DNA from: an uncultured Chloroflexia bacterium | Lineage (GTDB): Bacteria; Chloroflexota; Anaerolineae; CG2-30-64-16 | Length of the DNA stretch: 64,000 bases | NCBI GenBank assembly: GCA_963774265.1 | Contig: CAVZDU010000001.1 | Coordinates: 1,280,001 to 1,344,000, forward strand | Reading direction: 5' to 3' | Program-made: the position numbers and the translations under genes | Notes under the pieces: generated by a model | What the model was told of the DNA's origin: nothing | The model's database searches: none | Seen by the model: the letters and a program-made list of their open reading frames with translations, nothing else | Part shown: one piece after another, positions 57,116 through 64,000 of the stretch | How positions within the stretch are numbered: position 1 is the stretch's first letter | How the letters are laid out: the number at the start of each line of letters is the position of its first letter

Positions 57116-58225
57116 ATGGCCAGTGTAACCTTTGACCACATCTACAAGCGCTACGGCGATGTGATCGCCGTGAATGACCTCGATCTTTCTATCGCGGATA
57201 AGGAATTCCTGGTGTTCGTCGGCCCTTCGGGCTGCGGCAAAACCACCAGCCTTCGTCTTCTCGCGGGCCTCGAAGAGATCTCCGATGGCCGCATCCTGAT
57301 CGGCGACCGCGTTGTGAATGACGTGCCGCCCAAAGACCGCGATATCGCCATGGTGTTCCAGAGCTATGCGCTCTACCCACACATGAGCGTGTACGACAAC
57401 ATGGCGTTCGGCCTGAAGCTGCGCAAGACCCCGAAGGCCGAAATCGACAAGAAAGTCAAGGAAGCCGCTGAAGTTCTGGGCATCGGGCAGTACCTCGATC
57501 GCAAGCCGAAGCAGCTTTCCGGTGGTCAGCGCCAACGCGTTGCGGTGGGCCGCGCCATCGTCCGCAACCCGAAGGTCTTCCTGTTCGATGAGCCATTGTC
57601 CAACCTGGACGCCAAGCTGCGCGTCGAGACGCGTGCCGACATCAGCAAACTGCATATGAGCCTGGGCACCACCTTCATCTACGTGACCCATGACCAGGTT
57701 GAGGCCATGACCATGGCCTCTCGTATCGCGGTCATGAAGGATGGCCTACTCCAGCAGATCGATACGCCACAGCATCTCTACGATCATCCCACGAACATCT
57801 TCGTCGCCGGCTTCATCGGCAGCCCGTCGATGAACTTCTTCGAGGTGACCCTGGTCGAGCAAGATGGCAAGCTGTTCGTCGACGGTGGCACGTTCAAACT
57901 GGCGGTGCCGGAAACGAAGAAGGCCGACTACCTGCCGCACAAGGGCAAGAAGGTCATCTTCGGCGTCCGCCCCGAGGACATCCATACCAAGGGCTTCGAG
58001 GCGCCAGGCATCACCCCCGCGCCCATGACGGCGCAAGTCGATGTTTCCGAGTTGATGGGCAACGAAATCTTTCTTTACCTGGTTACCGGGAAGAAGCAGT
58101 TTGTTGCCCGTGTTGATCCGCGCACCCATGCCCGCGTCGGCGAGACGATCGAAATGAACATCAATATGGACAACATGCACCTGTTCGATCCGCAGACCGA
58201 GAAAACGCTGGATGTGGAACACTAA
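57116..58225 (+). CDS. MalK/UgpC/MsmX-type sugar ABC transporter ATPase (stand-alone)
   Basis: GPSGCGKT, VFQSYALYPH, LSGGQRQR, DEPLSNLD, THDQVEAM, C-terminal TOBE. Confidence 0.95.
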   Translation: MASVTFDHIYKRYGDVIAVNDLDLSIADKEFLVFVGPSGCGKTTSLRLLAGLEEISDGRILIGDRVVNDVPPKDRDIAMVFQSYALYPHMSVYDNMAFGLKLRKTPKAEIDKKVKEAAEVLGIGQYLDRKPKQLSGGQRQRVAVGRAIVRNPKVFLFDEPLSNLDAKLRVETRADISKLHMSLGTTFIYVTHDQVEAMTMASRIAVMKDGLLQQIDTPQHLYDHPTNIFVAGFIGSPSMNFFEVTLVEQDGKLFVDGGTFKLAVPETKKADYLPHKGKKVIFGVRPEDIHTKGFEAPGITPAPMTAQVDVSELMGNEIFLYLVTGKKQFVARVDPRTHARVGETIEMNINMDNMHLFDPQTEKTLDVEH

Positions 58226-58237
58226 GAGGACATGAAG

Positions 58238-58311
58238 CAGGCGCGCTCCTGTGTGAGCGCCTGAATCGGAACGGCCGCAGGGGCGCCCACATTGGGGGCG
58301 CCCCTGCCTTT
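58238..58311. terminator. two hairpins between convergent genes
   Basis: caggcgc..gcgcctg and gcaggggcgccc-acattgg-gggcgcccctgc followed by cttt. Confidence 0.6.
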
Positions 58312-58322
58312 GTGGGGGAAGG

Positions 58323-58889
58323 CTAGAGGGCCAGCTCTTCGGCGCGGTCCATCAATACGGTCGCTTCTGCAGCTTCGCCAGTAGCCGCGGCAGCTTCTTC
58401 GGCGCTCATCTTGTGGATGGTGGCCGGATCGGCTTTGTCGATGAACAGCACACCGTCCAGATGGTCGATCTCGTGCTGGAAGATGCGCGCCAGGTAGTCA
58501 TATGCTTTGATTCGCTGAGGCCGACCAAATGCGTCCTGCCCGCGCACCAGGATCTCAACGTGCCGATCCACTTCGCCGAGGTAGCCGGGGATCGAAAGGC
58601 AACCTTCTTCGCCCGCTTCGGTTTCGCGCGAGACCTTGACGATCTCTGGATTCACATAGGCGTACAATTCGGCCGGCAGTCCTTCTTCCTCATCCGCAGG
58701 CAGTTCCAGCACGATGATCCGCTCTCCGATATTCACCTGGGGCGCAGCGAGCCCGACGCCGGGCGCCGCGCGCATTGTTTCAACCATGTCATCGATCAAC
58801 TGCTTGAGCTCGGGACCGAATCTGGTCACTTTGCGTGCTTTTTGCCGTAACGTAGGATGCCCAAGCGTTATGATTTCTCGAATCGCCAT
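58323..58889 (-). CDS. def: peptide deformylase
   Basis: GVGLAAPQ, EGCLS, QHEIDH. Confidence 0.97.
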   Translation of the reverse strand: MAIREIITLGHPTLRQKARKVTRFGPELKQLIDDMVETMRAAPGVGLAAPQVNIGERIIVLELPADEEEGLPAELYAYVNPEIVKVSRETEAGEEGCLSIPGYLGEVDRHVEILVRGQDAFGRPQRIKAYDYLARIFQHEIDHLDGVLFIDKADPATIHKMSAEEAAAATGEAAEATVLMDRAEELAL

Positions 58890-58925
58890 GCGTATCGCCC
58901 CCTGATTTCTCAACAAATCAGTATA

Positions 58926-58954
58926 ATTATATCGCTGAGAGTAGGATGTGTCAA
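58926..58954 (-). promoter_or_regulatory. consensus sigma70 promoter of def
   Basis: Exact TTGACA-17 nt-TATAAT on the minus strand. Confidence 0.8.
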
Positions 58955-58975
58955 CGTCTCTACCCAAGATGTAAT

Positions 58976-59004
58976 TTGCGGCGCAATAGTAACCTGCGTA
59001 TAAT
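58976..59004 (+). promoter_or_regulatory. candidate promoter of the BMP/ABC operon
   Basis: TTGCGG-17 nt-TATAAT. Confidence 0.6.
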
Positions 59005-59297
59005 ATAGGTGGCTATGGCGGGCGCGTCAGGATGAGCTGGCGTTGCCAAACTACAGGCCGCAACCTGCCGTGCCACGGTGGTTTTTTCCCGTAGCACAAG
59101 GACTGACGCACGTTCCTCATTGTATCCCAGTAAGCAGTATGGCGCTGGTGAGCTCTCACCGAAAGGAGGTGTTTGTCCACTCGGATGGCAGGGCGTCCGT
59201 GGTTTAGCCTATCAGCGCTGCGTTCCTCTGCCAAGTTTTGTCCTCTGCCCGAATTTCGGTTTTCCACATAAGTTTCAGTTAGGAGGAGATTAAAGTC

Positions 59298-61529
59298 ATG
59301 CGCAACAAGCTGTTCAGCATCGTGAGTGTGCTCGTTCTACTGAGCATGATCCTGAGCGCGTGCGGTGGAGCCAAGGCTACCCCGACAACCGCACCGGCGG
59401 CCGCGCCCGCCCCAACGACGGCTCCTGAGCCAACCAAGGCTCCTGAACCAACCAAGGCTCCTGAGCCAACCAAGGCCCCGGAACCTGCGGCCGCGACAAA
59501 GCCTGCCGGCATCACGGTTGGCCAGGTGACGGACATGGGCGGCATCGACGACAAGAGTTTCAACCAGACTTCCTGGAAGGGCGTTCAGGATGCCGAGAAG
59601 GCGTTGGGCATCACCGGCAAGTATCTGGAGTCTCAGCAGCAGGCGGACTACGCCAAGAATGTGCAGCAATTCGTGAGCGAGAAGCTGGACCTGATCATCA
59701 CGGTCGGGTTCCTGCTGGGCGTGGACACGGCGACGGCGGCGAAGGCGAACCCGGGTCTGAAGTTTGCCATCGTGGACTACGGGTATCCTGACTGCTGGCC
59801 GGGAGCGGTGGTTGGCAAGGACTGCGGGTCGGACGTGGCGCTCGACAACGTCTTGGGCCTGAACTTTGCGACGGACGAGGCGGCCTTCCTGGCGGGTTAT
59901 GCAGCGGCTGCAGCGACGAAGACCGGGGTGGTCGGCACGTTCGGTGGGATCAAGCTGCCGACGGTGACGATCTTCATGAAGGGCTTCGAGGCCGGCGTGA
60001 AGTATCACAACCAGGTGAAGGGCACCAAGGTTGAGGTGTTGGGCTGGGAGACGGCGAAGGACGAGGGTGTGTTTGCCGGCAACTTCGAGTCGCTGGACGA
60101 CGGGCGGAAGATCGCCGAGTCGATGATGGACGAAGGTGCGGACATTATCATGCCGGTGGCGGGTCCGGTGGGTCAGGGTTCGGCGGCGGCCTGCAAAGAG
60201 AAGGGCTGCATGATCGTCGGCGTGGACTCCGACTGGTACGTGTCGATCCCTGAGTACAAGGAAGTGTACCTGACCAGCGTCATGAAGAACATGGACGTGG
60301 CCGTCTTCAATGCCGTCAAGGCGGTGCAGGATGGCACGTTCAAGGGCGGCTCCTACGTGGGCACCCTGAAGGATGCCGGCGTGGGCATTGCGCCGTTCCA
60401 TGATTTCGCCAGCAAGGTCCCGGCCACGCTGCAGGCCGAGCTGGATCAATTGAAGCAGGATGTTATCGGCGGTAAGATCAAGGTCGATGACGTCCTGGCT
60501 GGCGCTGCTGCTGCCCCGGCCACCGAATTGAAGAAGATCACGGTTGGCCAGGTGACGGACATGGGCGGCATCGACGACAAGAGTTTCAACCAGACTTCCT
60601 GGAAGGGCGTTCAGGATGCCGAGAAGGCGTTGGGCATCACCGGCAAGTATCTGGAGTCTCAGCAGCAGGCGGACTACGCCAAGAATGTGCAGCAATTCGT
60701 GAGCGAGAAGCTGGACCTGATCATCACGGTCGGGTTCCTGCTGGGCGTGGACACGGCGACGGCGGCGAAGGCGAACCCGGGTCTGAAGTTTGCCATCGTG
60801 GACTACGGGTATCCTGACTGCTGGCCGGGAGCGGTGGTTGGCAAGGACTGCGGGTCGGACGTGGCGCTCGACAACGTCTTGGGCCTGAACTTTGCGACGG
60901 ACGAGGCGGCCTTCCTGGCGGGTTATGCAGCGGCTGCAGCGACGAAGACCGGGGTGGTCGGCACGTTCGGTGGGATCAAGCTGCCGACGGTGACGATCTT
61001 CATGAAGGGCTTCGAGGCCGGCGTGAAGTATCACAACCAGGTGAAGGGCACCAAGGTTGAGGTGTTGGGCTGGGAGACGGCGAAGGACGAGGGTGTGTTT
61101 GCCGGCAACTTCGAGTCGCTGGACGACGGGCGGAAGATCGCCGAGTCGATGATGGACGAAGGTGCGGACATTATCATGCCGGTGGCGGGTCCGGTGGGTC
61201 AGGGTTCGGCGGCGGCCTGCAAAGAGAAGGGCTGCATGATCGTCGGCGTGGACTCCGACTGGTACGTGTCGATCCCTGAGTACAAGGAAGTGTACCTGAC
61301 CAGCGTCATGAAGAACATGGACGTGGCCGTCTTCAATGCCGTCAAGGCGGTGCAGGATGGCACGTTCAAGGGCGGCTCCTACGTGGGCACCCTGAAGGAT
61401 GCCGGCGTGGGCATTGCGCCGTTCCATGATTTCGCCAGCAAGGTCCCGGCCACGCTGCAGGCCGAGCTGGATCAATTGAAGCAGGATGTTATCGGCGGTA
61501 AAATCAAGGTCGATGACGTCCTGAAGTAA
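59298..61529 (+). CDS. BMP-family (nucleoside) ABC substrate-binding lipoprotein with two identical domains
   Basis: Lipobox LSAC, (PTKAPE)n linker, GGIDDKSFNQ, GVDSD, TSVMK each present twice. Confidence 0.93.
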   Translation: MRNKLFSIVSVLVLLSMILSACGGAKATPTTAPAAAPAPTTAPEPTKAPEPTKAPEPTKAPEPAAATKPAGITVGQVTDMGGIDDKSFNQTSWKGVQDAEKALGITGKYLESQQQADYAKNVQQFVSEKLDLIITVGFLLGVDTATAAKANPGLKFAIVDYGYPDCWPGAVVGKDCGSDVALDNVLGLNFATDEAAFLAGYAAAAATKTGVVGTFGGIKLPTVTIFMKGFEAGVKYHNQVKGTKVEVLGWETAKDEGVFAGNFESLDDGRKIAESMMDEGADIIMPVAGPVGQGSAAACKEKGCMIVGVDSDWYVSIPEYKEVYLTSVMKNMDVAVFNAVKAVQDGTFKGGSYVGTLKDAGVGIAPFHDFASKVPATLQAELDQLKQDVIGGKIKVDDVLAGAAAAPATELKKITVGQVTDMGGIDDKSFNQTSWKGVQDAEKALGITGKYLESQQQADYAKNVQQFVSEKLDLIITVGFLLGVDTATAAKANPGLKFAIVDYGYPDCWPGAVVGKDCGSDVALDNVLGLNFATDEAAFLAGYAAAAATKTGVVGTFGGIKLPTVTIFMKGFEAGVKYHNQVKGTKVEVLGWETAKDEGVFAGNFESLDDGRKIAESMMDEGADIIMPVAGPVGQGSAAACKEKGCMIVGVDSDWYVSIPEYKEVYLTSVMKNMDVAVFNAVKAVQDGTFKGGSYVGTLKDAGVGIAPFHDFASKVPATLQAELDQLKQDVIGGKIKVDDVLK
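59511..61523 (+). repeat. 987-bp direct repeat (59511-60497 / 60537-61523)
   Basis: Identical by eye except synonymous AAG/AAA near the 3' end; 39-nt unique linker. Confidence 0.92.
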
Positions 61530-61546
61530 CCGAGGTAAGGACGGGG

Positions 61547-61576
61547 GGGGGCCAGGGGAGCGATCCTTTGGCCCCC
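61547..61576 (+). terminator. hairpin after the binding-protein gene (terminator or mRNA stabiliser)
   Basis: gggggccagggga-gcga-tcctttggccccc followed by tgtt. Confidence 0.55.
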
Positions 61577-61603
61577 TGTTACTATCCAGAGCAGGAGAAT
61601 GGC

Positions 61604-63172
61604 ATGCCACCCGTACTGGAACTGCGCGGAATAACCAAGGCCTTCCCTGGCGTGCTTGCCAACGATCATATCGACCTAACGTTGGAGCAAGGCGAAATCC
61701 TGGCTTTGCTCGGCGAGAACGGCGCGGGCAAAACCACCTTGATGAACATCCTCTACGGCCTATATCGGCCAGACGAGGGTGATATCCTGGTCCGCGGCGA
61801 AAAAGTGGATATTCACGGGCCAAACGATGCCATCGCCCGCGGCATCGGCATGGTGCATCAGCATTTTATGCTGGTGCCCGTGATGACGGTCACGGAGAAC
61901 GTCATGCTCGGAGTTGAGACGACGCGCGGGATGTTTCTGGACCGGGAAGAGGTGGCGCACCGCATCGATCAAATCGGCAAGGAACACGGCCTGGAGGTCG
62001 ACCCACACGCCTATGTCAAGGATCTGCCGGTGGGTCTGCAACAACGCGTCGAGATCATTAAGGTGCTCTATCGGCACGCGGATATCCTGATCCTGGACGA
62101 GCCCACCGCAGTGTTGACGCCACAGGAAGCTGAGGATCTTTTCAAAATCCTCCGGTCGCTCATCGCACAGGGCAAATCCATCATTTTCATCACGCACAAG
62201 CTCAAGGAAGTGATGGCCGCAGCCGATCGGATCACTGTGCTGCGCCTGGGGCGCAGTGTTGGCACCGTGGAACCGTCCAAGACCGACCCACAGCACCTGG
62301 CCTCCCTCATGGTGGGCCGTGACGTCAACCTGGTCGTCGCCAAGAAACCCGCCGTCCCCGGCGATCCGGTCCTCGAAGTGAAGGACATGGTGGCGCTGGA
62401 CGACCGGGGTCATATTGCAGTGAACGGCGTGTCGTTCGAGGTGCGGGCCGGCGAGGTGCTGGGCGTTGCGGGCGTCCAGGGCAACGGGCAGACGGAGTTA
62501 GTCTATGCGCTGACCGGATTGCGCCCACCTGCGATGGGTGAGGTGCGCATCCTGGGTCAGGACGTCAGCAAGGCAAATCCGCGCCAGATCACCGAAAAGG
62601 GTGTCGCGCACGTGCCGGAGGATCGGCAGAAACACGGCCTGGTGCTCAGCTTCCCGGTCTCCGACAATATGGTGTTGAACACCTACTACTTACTGCCGTT
62701 TGCGAAGGGCGTCAACATGCAGCAAGCCGCGATTTTGGCGGCTTCCAGGGACCTGGTGGATCAGTTCGATGTCCGCACGCCGAACGTCCACGTGAACGTC
62801 TCTACCCTTTCCGGCGGCAACCAGCAGAAGGTGATCATTGCGCGCGAGTTCTCGCGGCCGATCAAGCTGCTGATCGCTTCTCAGCCGACGCGTGGCCTGG
62901 ACGTGGGATCGATCGAGTACATCCACTCGCGCATCATCGAGAAACGCGATGAAGGCACGGCCGTGCTCGTCGTTTCCTCCGAGTTGGACGAGATTATGGC
63001 GTTGTCCGACCGCATCGCCGTCATGTACAAGGGCAAGATCCTGGACATCGTGCCCGCCAAGGGCATCACCAAGGAGCATCTCGGTCTTCTCATGGCCGGG
63101 ATCAAGCCTGCCGAGGGCGTCAGCGCTGCGGAACCGGCCGGCACCGAGGTCGCGATCGAGCGCGTGTTTTAG
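61604..63172 (+). CDS. nucleoside/simple-sugar ABC transporter ATPase (two ABC domains)
   Basis: GENGAGKT, VHQHFML, DEPTAVLTP, LSGGNQQK, QPTRGLDVG. Confidence 0.95.
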   Translation: MPPVLELRGITKAFPGVLANDHIDLTLEQGEILALLGENGAGKTTLMNILYGLYRPDEGDILVRGEKVDIHGPNDAIARGIGMVHQHFMLVPVMTVTENVMLGVETTRGMFLDREEVAHRIDQIGKEHGLEVDPHAYVKDLPVGLQQRVEIIKVLYRHADILILDEPTAVLTPQEAEDLFKILRSLIAQGKSIIFITHKLKEVMAAADRITVLRLGRSVGTVEPSKTDPQHLASLMVGRDVNLVVAKKPAVPGDPVLEVKDMVALDDRGHIAVNGVSFEVRAGEVLGVAGVQGNGQTELVYALTGLRPPAMGEVRILGQDVSKANPRQITEKGVAHVPEDRQKHGLVLSFPVSDNMVLNTYYLLPFAKGVNMQQAAILAASRDLVDQFDVRTPNVHVNVSTLSGGNQQKVIIAREFSRPIKLLIASQPTRGLDVGSIEYIHSRIIEKRDEGTAVLVVSSELDEIMALSDRIAVMYKGKILDIVPAKGITKEHLGLLMAGIKPAEGVSAAEPAGTEVAIERVF

Positions 63173-63196
63173 GGGCCACCAGCCCAGGAGGCACCG

Positions 63197-64000
63197 TTGG
63201 AAAAGATTCAACCCACAGTCGCACCAACGCCGAAGCCGGAAGCCGGGGCTGGCAAGGCTGGCGGTGGAAAACAGCAGACTGCCGGGCGCCGAGCGCTCCT
63301 GCAGGCCATCCTCATCCCGCTCCTGGCCGTGCTGACCGGCCTGATCATCGGCGCGATCGTCATTATCATCACCGATCCTGCGGTGGTGGCTGCCTTTGGG
63401 GCGTTCTTCCAGGCGCCGGGCGCTGCGTTTGCCGCGGCCTGGAAGTCCATCTCGACGGCATACGGCGCGCTCTTCCACGGCTCGTTTGGCAGCCTGAGCG
63501 AGATCACCAGCGCGCTGAAGAGCGGTGACCCGGCAGCCATTCGGCAGGCTTTTTGGCCCATTACCGAAAGCCTGGCTGCATCAACCCCATACATTTTTGC
63601 GGGTCTCGCGGTAGGCCTGGGCTTCAAAGCGGGCCTGTTCAACATCGGCGCCGAAGGTCAGTTCTTCATCGGATCGTTGGGCGCGGCTTTTGTCGGTTAT
63701 AGCCTGGTCGGCTGGCCATGGTACCTGCACCTGCCGCTGGCGCTCCTGGGCGGGTTTGTCGCTGGCGCAATCTGGGGCGCGATTCCCGGCTGGCTCAAGG
63801 CGAAGACCGGCGGCCACGAGGTAGTCAACACCATCATGATGAACTACATCGCGTTCCGCCTGAGTGACTGGCTGATCAACGGCCCCATGAAGGCCCCCGG
63901 TTTCCGGCCGGTGACCCCCCATATTCAGATGTCCGCGGCGCTGCCGCGGCTGTTTGCCGACCCGCTGCGCTTCAACGTCGGGTTCTTCCTGGCGCTGATC
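63197..64000 (+). CDS. nucleoside ABC transporter permease (truncated by window end)
   Basis: TTG start after AGGAGG; GLFNIGAEGQ, GGHEVVNTIMMNY. Confidence 0.9.
   Translation, partial: MEKIQPTVAPTPKPEAGAGKAGGGKQQTAGRRALLQAILIPLLAVLTGLIIGAIVIIITDPAVVAAFGAFFQAPGAAFAAAWKSISTAYGALFHGSFGSLSEITSALKSGDPAAIRQAFWPITESLAASTPYIFAGLAVGLGFKAGLFNIGAEGQFFIGSLGAAFVGYSLVGWPWYLHLPLALLGGFVAGAIWGAIPGWLKAKTGGHEVVNTIMMNYIAFRLSDWLINGPMKAPGFRPVTPHIQMSAALPRLFADPLRFNVGFFLALI

Noticed and set aside
58277-58307. gcaggggcg..cgcccctgc as a family A REP
   Set aside because: Lacks GTAG and the GAC/GTC core; position between convergent genes fits a terminator
59423-59486. 18-bp (PTKAPE)n repeat
   Set aside because: Ordinary Pro/Thr/Ala-rich lipoprotein tether
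59337-61823. Long antisense ORFs (828 aa here; also 14134-15690, 18421-20313, 289-1281 and others)
   Set aside because: Shadows of high-GC coding genes on the opposite strand; no motifs or RBS

Overview
High-GC bacterial window; gene content and order suggest Chloroflexota (Anaerolineae-like), by inference. The left part (1-25.8 kb) holds proA, a REP-flanked IS200/IS605-type HuH transposase, a two-subunit flavin/Fe-S amino-acid oxidoreductase, an EndoQ-UvrD fusion, a collapsed ppaC remnant and a complete minus-strand complex I operon with nuoCD and nuoEF fusions. This part is densely invaded by at least five short repeat families. Many copies sit in frame inside proteins, some are nested in each other, and there is visible purging of stop codons. 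Transcribed divergently is a second nuo operon encoding only the seven membrane-arm subunits (A,H,J,K,L,M,N). Its NuoL lateral helix is 26 aa longer than that of the first NuoL, as in '2M' complexes, yet only one nuoM is present. The right part holds murE, an intact ISAs1 element with 9-bp TSD, corA with a long leader, a CHAT protease, two FabL-like SDRs, ProDH, RNase J, rimI/tsaB/tsaE, a cNMP-bPH membrane protein, uvrC, envelope genes, a sugar ABC ATPase, def and a nucleoside ABC system whose binding protein is a near-perfect internal duplication. Six single-indel frameshifts probably reflect long-read assembly error. No rRNA, tRNA or CRISPR array was seen.
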